From the NCBI GenBank assembly GCA_963707955.1, contig OY970176.1, forward strand, positions 1,856,001 to 1,920,000: a DNA stretch of 64,000 nucleotides, read 5' to 3'. Shown here piece after piece: positions 20,111-29,549 of this stretch. The notes beneath the pieces were generated by a model. The model saw nothing but the letters and a program-made list of their open reading frames with translations. It had not been told where the DNA came from and made no database searches. The DNA comes from Candidatus Bathyarchaeota archaeon. Lineage in GTDB: Archaea > Thermoproteota > Bathyarchaeia > Bathyarchaeales > Bathycorpusculaceae. Position numbers and translations under genes: made by a program. Positions within the stretch are counted from its first letter, which is position 1, and each line of letters begins with the position of its first letter.

Positions 20111-20428
20111 GTTATTTAGTTCTGGCGCACGTCTCAGAAATGATTAGGGTGTTCCGTCCATAAGTGGATTGTGTTTAGCACGTAGTATAGCTAGGAATTC
20201 TCTTTGGGAAAGTGGCAAGGGTTCTATTTGCGCTTGGATGAAAACAAGGGAATGCGTTTAACGCTGAGATACTGCATGTGATATGTGGCAAAGAGTAAAC
20301 CATTTCTCTTTTGGTATAGTCACATTTGATGGCTTTCGTTTACGCTTGAAGTTTTCGCTTTCGATCAGATACAATTATATTCTCCATTATTTGCTGTTCG
20401 TAAGAGTGCTCAAAGAACCCGCTAAAAG

Positions 20429-20881
20429 TCAGGTTATTTGTTTTGCCTTGGGGAAGTGTCCCAGAATCTTCTTAATGAATTTGTTTTCGAAATCCAAGGC
20501 TTCCATCGTGTTTGTGACTTCCTCAATGACCTCGTCCTTCGTGTACTTAGCCAATCTTCCAGTAAACTCGTCAAGTGCGAGCCCGCAAGAATACACGTGG
20601 ATTCCATCCTTGCTCGGTGAGACTAGAACGTGCAGTCCAGACCGTTGGGCTCTTCTTACGTATTCACCTAAACTGAAAGGGAACAGCAATGTTTTCAATA
20701 TGAGTGGAACCAATGCGCCTTCGCTTGCAAAAATAGTTGTCTTCCCGTCGCGAGTTGATTCTTCTTCCTTTATTCTCAACCTCATTCCTTTCAAAGCTTC
20801 GTCACAAAAACTAGTTACTTCATCCATAGACGCATTTTCTACGAGAACTTCTCTCTCAAAGCAAACAGCCGCGTGCACCAT
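20429..20881 (-). CDS. hypothetical protein (150 aa)
   Basis: ATG at 20881 with AT-rich promoter upstream; open frame. Confidence 0.65.
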   Translation of the reverse strand: MVHAAVCFEREVLVENASMDEVTSFCDEALKGMRLRIKEEESTRDGKTTIFASEGALVPLILKTLLFPFSLGEYVRRAQRSGLHVLVSPSKDGIHVYSCGLALDEFTGRLAKYTKDEVIEEVTNTMEALDFENKFIKKILGHFPKAKQIT

Positions 20882-21041
20882 TAAACCTGCACCTGAGGAT
20901 ATAGTCTCTTCTGTCTTCCTTTTATTGTTTAGCGCGCGCTGATGGCCCGTGGTGAATTCTCCTAACGTTTCTAGGAACAAATCAGGGTGTCCACTCACGC
21001 CAGAGCATGGTCAGACAAGTTTATGTCAATTCCCCGAATAT

Positions 21042-21130
21042 GCAACGCGCTAACGCGAAGGTTGAAAGATTAAGAAAACATAAAAGCGGCAGATGTTTTG
21101 AAGTCGCATAGTCGGGATGAGTTAATTGGC
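21042..21130 (+). repeat. 89-bp dispersed repeat, copy 2 (inverted relative to 3451-3539)
   Basis: GCAACGCGCTAACGCGAAGGTTGAAAGAT...GGGATGAGTTAATTGGC. Confidence 0.93.
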
Positions 21131-21227
21131 GCACGCTTGCGTCAAAGGACTGTTCTGGATGACCTCAAGCGCGAAAACAAATTAAGCGTGTACATTGAGA
21201 TATTGCTAGCCTAGGGCGTGCAAGCGC

Positions 21228-22439
21228 ATGGTCGAGCCTTTTGTGATTATGGACCAAATCATAATTATTTTGCTTGCCGCCATTATCGCAGCCAAGATAT
21301 CGGAACGTTTTGGTTTGCCAAGCATCATTCCTCTTTTCATCATCGGCTATTTGGTTGGTCCATGGGGATTAGACATTTTTGTTCCTTTAAGTCTTGGTCT
21401 TTCTTTGAGTGCTATTGTGACTCTGGCCATACCAATCATACTTTTTGACGAGGGTATGCGGATAGACCTGAAATTGTTGAACGACTTCAGATTAACGATT
21501 TTTCTGCTGGCAACGCTTGCCGTTGTAGTTTCAACGATTGGTGTAGGTCTTGTGGCATATTTTGTATTTGGGATGCCTCTGCTCCAAGCCCTTCTCATGG
21601 GCGCTATATTGGCCGCAACGAGCCCTGCTGCGGCAATAGCTATTACTGAACAATTGAAGATCGAGCGAAAGATTTCTACTATTGTTGAAGGAGAAGCTTC
21701 TTTCAACGATGCCACGTCAATTGTCTTGTTCACCATCATTTCCGGGGCTGTTCTTGGCGCAGGTTTGTCTTTCTCTGGCGCAGTTTTTTCTTTCTTGGTG
21801 CTGTTCTTTGGGGGGCTGCTTGTTGGATCGTCGCTTTCTTTTTTGGTCATATTTTTCATCAGAAGGTTCAACATGCAAGAATACGCAGTTGCTTTGTCTT
21901 TTGTGAACTTCTTTGGTGCTTATGCTATCGCTGACGTACTACATGCTAGTGGAGCGACAGCAGTAATTGCCTCTGGTCTTGTTCTTGGAGGGACTCTTAA
22001 GAAACCCGTCTATGGCGTGACACAAGGAAAGGTCTTTGATTTCTGGTCCAACGTGTCGTTTCTCGCCAGAAGCATAATCTTTCTTGTATTGGGAGCAGGT
22101 TTTTCACTTGCAGCATTAAGTTCAGTTTGGCTTGAGGCAACGATTGTTATTCTGCTTCTTTTTCTCGTTATTCGCCCGATCTCCGTCTTTTCGGCCACCT
22201 CCTTCGAGAAGAAATTGTCGAAAAAGGAGAAGTTTTTCATCTCGTGGGTGGGAACTAGGGGGGCAGTACCAGCGGCTTTAGCCGCAAGCGCAATCGGATT
22301 GGGAATAGCAGGGGCTGACAAAATATTCAGCATAGTCATGATAGTTGTTCTTGCGTCTCTAGTCATAGTGGGCTTCTTGGGACGAAAGATGGCGAAGTTT
22401 ACGTTAACAAATCCTTCAACGAGCGAAAAACAAAAATGA
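21228..22439 (+). CDS. cation:proton antiporter (CPA1/NhaP family)
   Basis: PIILFDEG, ATSPAA, EGEASFNDA, GTRGAVPAALA; highly hydrophobic. Confidence 0.9.
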   Translation: MVEPFVIMDQIIIILLAAIIAAKISERFGLPSIIPLFIIGYLVGPWGLDIFVPLSLGLSLSAIVTLAIPIILFDEGMRIDLKLLNDFRLTIFLLATLAVVVSTIGVGLVAYFVFGMPLLQALLMGAILAATSPAAAIAITEQLKIERKISTIVEGEASFNDATSIVLFTIISGAVLGAGLSFSGAVFSFLVLFFGGLLVGSSLSFLVIFFIRRFNMQEYAVALSFVNFFGAYAIADVLHASGATAVIASGLVLGGTLKKPVYGVTQGKVFDFWSNVSFLARSIIFLVLGAGFSLAALSSVWLEATIVILLLFLVIRPISVFSATSFEKKLSKKEKFFISWVGTRGAVPAALAASAIGLGIAGADKIFSIVMIVVLASLVIVGFLGRKMAKFTLTNPSTSEKQK

Positions 22440-22529
22440 AACAACGTACTGCTGGGCTACTCACGTACCTGAGGCTTTTGCAAAAATCTCTTAAATAGAG
22501 CTTGGGGTTAAGAGGATTGTGATTCATCT

Positions 22530-23765
22530 TTGGTTGATGTATCACTAGCTCTCTTGATCAGCGCGCTGATAATAGTGATAGGCTTTCTGGGGAACTACTT
22601 TTTCAAGCGAACAGGCTTGCCTGACATGCTGTTTCTGATAATCATAGGAGTTCTCGTTGGACCTGTTTTGAAGCTGTTTGAACCATCAATTGTAATGGGC
22701 TTGGCTCCGTACATAGCTGCCCTAGCATTAGTTTTCATCTTGTTCGACGGCGGCATGAGCTTGAACATTCGCCAAGTTCTTTCACACAGCCCAAGGGCTG
22801 TTCTTCTGGCTGTTCTAGGCTTCATATTCAGCATGTTTGCAGTTGCACTTTTCATGATCGTTCTCTACAGAGTTCCGTTGTATTATGGATTGTTGTTTGG
22901 GAGCATTTACGGTGGAAGCAGCTCCATTGTCGTAGTTTCTCTGGCTTCAAAAATCCACGTCAGTGAAAAATGCTCCACAACCTTGATTCTAGAATCAGCG
23001 ACGACTGACATACTGTGCATTGTTATCTCACTATCCTTGATAGGGATAATAATAACTGGCCAAGCGAACTATCTGGCTGTCGCCACAGGCATTATTACCG
23101 AATTCGCGGTCGGAGCGGTATTTGGTTTGATTATTGGAATTGTCTGGTTGTTCCTGCTCAAGTTTGTGTCTCCAATGCCCTTTTCTTACATGCTAACGCT
23201 GGCCATTGCACTTCTCGCCTATACTCTGTCTGAGAATTTTGGTGGCAGCGGAGCTTTGAGTTCACTGCTTTTCGGCCTGATATTGGGCAACGAAAAGGAG
23301 ATCATGAAACATTTGAGGCGAAAAGAGACACGCATGGTAGCTGTTGATGCTGGTCTTAAGCGTTTTGAGTCGGAGATAGCCTTCCTGATTAGAACGTTCT
23401 TCTTCGTTTTCTTAGGAATAATTGCCACCATTTCTAGCATCAGCCTGCTTTTTCTTGGAATAATCCTGACGCTTCTGCTGCTACTTGTGAGGTTTGGCGC
23501 TGTATGGCTCACTACGATCGGAAGCGAATTGCAAAAAGAGAGATCCATCATGACGTTTGTATTGACACGTGGCCTAGCAGCAGCAGTTTTGGCAACTCTG
23601 CCAATACAGTACGGCCTACTTTACCCCGACACCTTCATCAATCTCGCCGTTGTAATAATAATGTCCACAGCCATAATCGCAACAGTAGGCATTGCGATGG
23701 CTTCACATCTACGACGCCAGCATGCTCAGGGCGCGCAGAAAGAGCAACTTGACGAAAAGCGTTGA
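22530..23765 (+). CDS. cation:proton antiporter (CPA1/NhaP family)
   Basis: ILFDGG, LILESATTD, RTFFFVFLG, TRGLAAAVLA. Confidence 0.9.
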   Translation: MVDVSLALLISALIIVIGFLGNYFFKRTGLPDMLFLIIIGVLVGPVLKLFEPSIVMGLAPYIAALALVFILFDGGMSLNIRQVLSHSPRAVLLAVLGFIFSMFAVALFMIVLYRVPLYYGLLFGSIYGGSSSIVVVSLASKIHVSEKCSTTLILESATTDILCIVISLSLIGIIITGQANYLAVATGIITEFAVGAVFGLIIGIVWLFLLKFVSPMPFSYMLTLAIALLAYTLSENFGGSGALSSLLFGLILGNEKEIMKHLRRKETRMVAVDAGLKRFESEIAFLIRTFFFVFLGIIATISSISLLFLGIILTLLLLLVRFGAVWLTTIGSELQKERSIMTFVLTRGLAAAVLATLPIQYGLLYPDTFINLAVVIIMSTAIIATVGIAMASHLRRQHAQGAQKEQLDEKR

Positions 23766-24085
23766 GCAGGTTTTGCTATTTGAAGAAAAGACGCTCAAAT
23801 CTGCTGGTAGCGCGCCAAAGAGCAGGAGACTTTTTCTTGGGAATCGCCCTTTTGTTACTTGGGGACAAGCAGAGAAACAAGTTTTAAATTGTTGGGTCTC
23901 CTTAAGGTGGTCCCTGTCATGGTGACTGTCTGAACCACTATCTTCCTCTTTGGAACTCACGTGCAGCAGGGTTACCTTGTTGATTATCTTTTCGGCAAGA
24001 CGAACGATCCTATGAAGGCGAACATTGCGACAACCAGGACAGTCTGAGGAACGCGCTAGATGTTGTTGCAACGCAAAAAATCACT

Positions 24086-25387
24086 TTACTGGGCGAGGCC
24101 TTCTTTTTTGTAGTCAGTTGTGATGCCATGGAGAGCCTTGCTTAACAGCCATAGACAAAGATAGGATAGTGCGAAGACAACGACCATGACGACCGCGATC
24201 CCAAGCAGCTCCACCCCTAGCTGATGAACAGCGGCGTACCCTCCACCAAAGAAAAGGCCATTTGGCAACGATGCAAAACCAGAAGCCGTAGAAAAAGCAC
24301 TCCTTGCAAAAAAAGCTATCATGGCGGTTCCAAACAAGCCTCCTACCATATGCCCTGGGAATAACCCTACCGGATCAGAGAACCACTTGAACCTTGAGAA
24401 CCATCTTTCCGCTGCTAGGAAAATCGGGCCACTTATGAAGCCAACGATCACGGCGACGCCTGGACCTACGAAGCCTGCTAGAGGAGTTATCACGATAAGA
24501 CCCATCAGTACTCCGTTGACTGCATAGAGCAAACCTGGGTTCTCCTTTGTCATCAAGTATCTGATGAGCATTGTTGACATTAATGCAGATGCAGCCGATA
24601 GAAATGTTGTCAACACTACTACTTCGGCTCCGTAACCAATCGTTAGCACGCTGCCAGGGTTGAACCCAAACCATCCTATCCAGAGCAACAATATAGAAAG
24701 CGTAAGCACATTTGGGTTCAAGTTAATCCGAACGCTTGGGCTTTCCTTTAACCCTTTTTTCTTCTCTTCTCTCCATACTTGATAGACAAAAGCCAGTCCT
24801 GCAGCTCCAGCTGCTCCATGAACGACTAGGCCTCCTGCAAAGTCTCTCATTCCCATAAGGTACAACCAGCCTGTCGGGTTCCATATCCAGGCCGCTGGCA
24901 AACTCCAGATAATGATGAAGTAAGGAATAGAATACAAGAAAAAAGCCTCCAACTTCACCTTCTTCAGAACTATAACGCCGACTAGCGCCAAGGTCACTGA
25001 GGCAAACGCAGCCTCAAAGATGAAGTATGTTCCGGCGGTTATACCCGTAGCGAAATACTGCGACGTCATGGACCACCAGACCCCAGTCAAGAGTCCAGCT
25101 ACGTTTGGTGTCAACCCGCCCAGAAAGACTCCACCGTAAAACGGGTTTCCTATCACTCCGCTAAATGTCGGTGCAAACGCCACGTCAAAACCCACAAATG
25201 CCATAAAAAACAATGCAGAACCACTTATCAAAATGGTCTTGAGCAAGCTCTTTGAGTGATCTTCTCCAAGCTCACCAACTTCCAAGAACCCAACAGCTAT
25301 CGTCATCAGAAAGACTAGAAGAGCTGACAACAACACCCAAAGGTTATTCGAGATGTTCGGAAGTTCCTCTGCACTCATTGTTTCCAC
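24086..25387 (-). CDS. amt: ammonium transporter (Amt)
   Basis: DFAGGLVVH, LLWIGWFGFN, second pore His in DPVGLFPGH. Confidence 0.92.
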   Translation of the reverse strand: METMSAEELPNISNNLWVLLSALLVFLMTIAVGFLEVGELGEDHSKSLLKTILISGSALFFMAFVGFDVAFAPTFSGVIGNPFYGGVFLGGLTPNVAGLLTGVWWSMTSQYFATGITAGTYFIFEAAFASVTLALVGVIVLKKVKLEAFFLYSIPYFIIIWSLPAAWIWNPTGWLYLMGMRDFAGGLVVHGAAGAAGLAFVYQVWREEKKKGLKESPSVRINLNPNVLTLSILLLWIGWFGFNPGSVLTIGYGAEVVVLTTFLSAASALMSTMLIRYLMTKENPGLLYAVNGVLMGLIVITPLAGFVGPGVAVIVGFISGPIFLAAERWFSRFKWFSDPVGLFPGHMVGGLFGTAMIAFFARSAFSTASGFASLPNGLFFGGGYAAVHQLGVELLGIAVVMVVVFALSYLCLWLLSKALHGITTDYKKEGLAQ

Positions 25388-25572
25388 ACCTGTTTTCTGC
25401 GAATGTTCGTCTTTTTTATTATTAAGTCTTATCCCACTATTTCACCAGCACGCTCAGCCCAGCGCGCGTTGTGCGAGTGAAAGTTTTGGCGGTGGCTCTG
25501 TTTAACTTTGCTTTAGCTCGATGTTCCGCGCGGGCGCTATTTTTATTAGCTTAAGAAGAACATGGTGTAGGT

Positions 25573-25965
25573 ATGCATCAGGGTTACGTTTTCCCATGCT
25601 TTGGGGAATCTCTCAAGAATTGTGTGAGAAGCAGACTGTTCACTTGTTCAGGCGAGGCTGCTCGCGAGATAGGACCAGGCTATCTGGTCTTCTTTGTTAA
25701 CGCGGATTCAGACACACTTGTGGGACCATTCACGGCCTCAGGTTCATCTAAAACAGGACCAGAGCCTGGAGCATGGACTCAAGTCATTGATCCGCACACT
25801 TTTTCTGGCAACTTCAGAGTCGAGTGGGAAGAGCTGCATGAGTTGAAGCATGCTCGGAGAAAGTTTCCTTTTTTGAAGGACCTCAACGCTTGTAAGCTCT
25901 CTCCGCTTCAAGTTGAAGATCTGATCAGTGCTTTGAAAAAGGCTCCGTTGTTCCATCAAACATGA
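25573..25965 (+). CDS. DCD/EVE-like (PUA-superfamily) domain protein
   Basis: GYVFPC..ESLKNC..SRLF...IGPGYLVFFVN.DS.TLVGPF.A pattern resembles the DCD domain. Confidence 0.6.
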   Translation: MHQGYVFPCFGESLKNCVRSRLFTCSGEAAREIGPGYLVFFVNADSDTLVGPFTASGSSKTGPEPGAWTQVIDPHTFSGNFRVEWEELHELKHARRKFPFLKDLNACKLSPLQVEDLISALKKAPLFHQT

Positions 25966-26047
25966 AATCCGCTCATAGGTGTAAACAAGCTTCAAAGTGG
26001 AGAGCTCCTTGGGCACTGAACAAGGCGCGAGCTAGCAACCAGCGGAA

Positions 26048-26395
26048 CTATAGTCTCTTCAAGAACAAGATCAGAGCGACTGTTTGATTATGCTCCTCAT
26101 CCTTCGCGGAATATAGAAGAGTGACCGTTCCATGCTCTTTTTCCGCCTGTTTGATCTTCTGCACCAGCTCTCCTTTAGCCTCTAATTCATCTTCATACTT
26201 CTTCTTGAACGCGTCCCACTTCATTGGGTCATGAGAAAACCAGTTACGCAGATCATTACTGGGCGCAATTTCCTTCAACCACAAGTCGATCTTCGCTTTT
26301 TCTTTTGACATTCCTCTAGGCCACAGTCTGTCCACAAGAACCCTGAACCCATCTTCCCTAGAGGGCTGCTCATAAATCCGCTTTATCTTTATGAT
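26048..26395 (-). CDS. DUF488 (YeaO-like) protein; start position reads ATC
   Basis: [46 protein letters not shown]; GGAGG upstream of ATC. Confidence 0.85.
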   Translation of the reverse strand: MIKIKRIYEQPSREDGFRVLVDRLWPRGMSKEKAKIDLWLKEIAPSNDLRNWFSHDPMKWDAFKKKYEDELEAKGELVQKIKQAEKEHGTVTLLYSAKDEEHNQTVALILFLKRL

Positions 26396-26834
26396 TCCTG
26401 ATTCCTCCGCATTGTTTTCTGAAACGCAATTTCTCTGGCAACGGCTTGCCTCAACGTGTCACTCTTCTGTTCACGTTATATGAATCTATTGTTCTGTATG
26501 GCCACAGTCACAATGGTAAAAATTCCTAGTTGATATCATATTGAATCGCGCTGCGCGCGCTCGCCTAGCCATCGTGATTCAATACTTAGCGCGCGCTTAG
26601 TCTCAGTCTTCACGGTATTATTGGATAAGATTCTAAAGCTAAAGTGTAGAAAAGGGACACGCCTATTTGGATCCAAATATCCATGGTACGTTGAAACCGA
26701 GGAGGGGAGGGATCCCTAGCCTGCTAGGAAGAGAAAGTGAGTCTACGGGTTTACGCTTAGAAGCCAGGGATGGAAGTTAGACCCTAGAGCCCGCGCGTTT
26801 TAGGTTTTGGGTGGGGAAAACATTGGAGCTAAAT

Positions 26835-27000
26835 GGACTCCGAACTTTCTTGACGCAGCGGCAATCGGCATCGGAGCAGTAATCGGTCAGGAATCCTCGT
26901 CGTGCTGGGCGTTGCTATGGGTTAAGCAGGACCGACGAGCGTGATTTCAATGGTTACCGCGGAGACGATAGTGTTGTTCAGCGTACGAAGTTTCTCAGGG
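26835..27000 (+). pseudogene. N-terminal remnant of APC-family amino acid permease
   Basis: Broken frames give DAAAIGIGAVIG / GILVVLGVAMG*AGP / VISMVTA..IVLFS. Confidence 0.55.
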
Positions 27001-27074
27001 TGAGCGGGCGCAAAAAGTATTAAACTGAACTGGCGTCAATTGTTCCTGTAAGCAAATGGCCAGAGGTCGGTTTC

Positions 27075-27921
27075 ATGGAGAATGAGGCTTTCATAAAGAA
27101 AATTCTGGTTCCTGTAGACAAGTCTGATTCAAGCCTTAGGAGCCAAGAGACAGCCGCGTTGGTAGCGAAGAAAACACATGCGTCCGTCACGGTTTTGCAT
27201 GTTGTACCCAGCGTGTCGTACGGTGAGCCACAGACAAACGCTCTGATTCTGAGCGGCTTAGACCAAGAAGGGCAGCGGATAGTCGGCGAAGCTTAGGGAA
27301 CTTTTCATGGAGGAAAAAGTGGAAGTGAAGGCAGAAGTTCTCCATGAGGAGGACGTTGCTGCGGCTATTCTTGAATTCTCAGAAGATGATTTTGACCTAA
27401 TCGTCATGGGTGCTCGTGGGGAGAACGAGAAAGGTCTGAACGCACTTGGAAGCGTAACGAAGAAAGTCATAATGCACGCAAGTTGCCCAACGATGATTGT
27501 CAAAAAGGTTTCGACTCTGTCAAACATGCTCGTTTGTGTGGACGGTTCTGACCATGCAATGAAAGCCTTGAATTATGCCTTAAGCTTGGCCGAAAAGATG
27601 GGTTCGAGAATGGCGTTGTTGAATGTCCAGGAACCACGCTTGCATAAGACCTCGCCTGACGTTGCAATGGAACTTGGCGGCCGGGTTCTCATCGAATCGT
27701 TAGGTGCGGTTGCAAAACGGAAACTTGCGGCTGAGAGGAGACTCGAGTTTGGCGTTCCATCAGATGTGATAGTTGACATGGCTGAAAAGGGGAATCATGA
27801 CTTGATCGTCCTTGGGAGCAGGGGGTTGGGAGCAGTTAAGAGGTTCTTGCTGGGAAGTGTAAGTGATGATGTCAGTTATAAAGCGAAGTGTTCGGTGTTG
27901 ATAGTTCCAGCAAAAACGTGA
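27075..27921 (+). pseudogene. tandem-domain universal stress protein, frameshifted near 27293
   Basis: KILVPVD..; DLIVMGARG, LGSV; second domain DLIVLGSRG..LLGSVS; one extra T in GCTTAGG. Confidence 0.85.
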
Positions 27922-28066
27922 AAAACGCATAACCGAAGGAATTTTATGGCTCGTGCTGTCATCTTGCAAGTGTCAGGGCCTTCTGCGAAAAATTCAAGGA
28001 GACCAAAAACTTAGTAGGCTGTACAGGAGCTTGTATGAGCTAATATCAAGTGGAGGCTGAATTGCA

Positions 28067-28846
28067 GTGTCATACGTTTTCAATATACCCTTTCGAGACA
28101 ACCTTAAGCTAAAGCATATCATCGATGATGTTAAAAAAGATGTGAAACTGCAGACTATGTGGCGATGCTCAAACGTCATGGCTATCGACCGTATGGGCTT
28201 CACTGACCACGGTCCGACACATGTTAAAATCGTATCTAACTCCGCGTTGAAACTCTTGAGAATCCTGGTTAAGAGCAAAGTCGTGCCCAGCATCGTGAAG
28301 AACTACGGAATGAAAAACGAAGATGCAGAGGTCGTTGTCGTTCTGGGTTCAATCTTTCATGACTTAGGCATGATTGTGGCAAGGGACAAACATGTCTGGT
28401 TCAGCGCTCTGTTAGCTCTGGGCTTCCTTGAGAAGTATTTGGCACCGATCTACTCTGAGGAGGAGCGCACGATAATCTGTTCAGAAGTGTTGCACGCTAT
28501 AGTGACTCACGAAGATCCGAACAGACCCTTAACTGTGGAAGCCGGCATAGTGCGAGTTGCAGACGCCTTGGACATGGAAGAGGGCAGAGCTAGAATTCCG
28601 TTTCAGGCTGGAAAAGTGGATATTCACTCGGTTTCTGCACTGTCAATCGAGAAAGTGGACATCCAAGAGGGCGAAGAGAAACCGGTGATCATAAGAATAA
28701 CGATGTCGAACTCGGCCGGCATCTTTCAAATAGATGAACTGCTTAAACCGAGAATCGAAAACTCTGGGCTGCAGAACTACATACACGTGGTAGCGGAGAT
28801 AACCTGGGAAAAAGAGAGGAGAATAATAGAAAAATTCGAGATCTGA
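28067..28846 (+). CDS. HD-domain phosphohydrolase (COG3294-like)
   Basis: DHGPTH, FHDLG, HAIVTH, VADALDM. Confidence 0.88.
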   Translation: MSYVFNIPFRDNLKLKHIIDDVKKDVKLQTMWRCSNVMAIDRMGFTDHGPTHVKIVSNSALKLLRILVKSKVVPSIVKNYGMKNEDAEVVVVLGSIFHDLGMIVARDKHVWFSALLALGFLEKYLAPIYSEEERTIICSEVLHAIVTHEDPNRPLTVEAGIVRVADALDMEEGRARIPFQAGKVDIHSVSALSIEKVDIQEGEEKPVIIRITMSNSAGIFQIDELLKPRIENSGLQNYIHVVAEITWEKERRIIEKFEI

Positions 28847-28911
28847 CCGCTGCAAAGGTTTTCCAGACGGAATAATCAGTGCGATCTTCCGATACGTAGT
28901 CTAAGGGGGAC

Positions 28912-29469
28912 ATGATCTTGAGCAAGGCGGACAAAGTCTTGAAGGAAATTGAAAGCATGACCGACAGGAAATCTCTACCCATCTTGAGGCCAGATAAGGG
29001 ACATGTATTGGCGAGAGTCATTCACGAAGTAAAGCCCAAGCGAATATTAGAGGTCGGAACACTAATCGGCTACTCAGCAATCCTGATGGCAGGAGAGCTT
29101 GAAAGCGACGCTCATCTGATCACCATTGAAATTCACGCGAATGAAGCTGAGATGGCAAGGGAGAACATAAAAAGGGCAGAGGTGTCCCCACGCATAGACG
29201 TCGTCGTAGGCGACGCAATCGAAGTTATACCAAAACTAGCTGGCAAGTTCGACATGGTCTTCATCGATGCAGAGAAGGCAGAATATCTGCACTACTTGCG
29301 ACTTGTCGAGCGAAAACTCCATCGAGGAAGTGTTGTCGTTGCGGACAACGCAGGCATCTTTGCCGATCAAATGAAGGATTACTTGGATTATGTGAGGTCT
29401 TCAGCGAGGTATCGTAGCGAATACGTGTCTTTCGGCGAAGATGGAGTTGAAGTGAGTGTCAAACTGTAA
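28912..29469 (+). CDS. SAM-dependent O-methyltransferase
   Basis: ILEVGTLIGYS, FDMVFIDAEK, VADN. Confidence 0.9.
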   Translation: MILSKADKVLKEIESMTDRKSLPILRPDKGHVLARVIHEVKPKRILEVGTLIGYSAILMAGELESDAHLITIEIHANEAEMARENIKRAEVSPRIDVVVGDAIEVIPKLAGKFDMVFIDAEKAEYLHYLRLVERKLHRGSVVVADNAGIFADQMKDYLDYVRSSARYRSEYVSFGEDGVEVSVKL

Positions 29470-29549
29470 CGACTAGCGCGCTATGCTTTTCCGTAGACCG
29501 GGAGTGATGCACCGCTGATTATTTTCGAATCGTCTAACGATTGCGCTAT

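Noticed and set aside
26640-26830. tRNA or structured ncRNA in the long intergenic gap
   Set aside because: No cloverleaf, T-loop motif or convincing long stem is visible.
6154-27921. Programmed frameshifting or stop recoding of fba, GT4 and usp, linked to the GGM release-factor paralog
   Set aside because: The shifts differ in direction and lack shared slippery heptamers, and one has no stop at the junction. Ordinary indels explain them.
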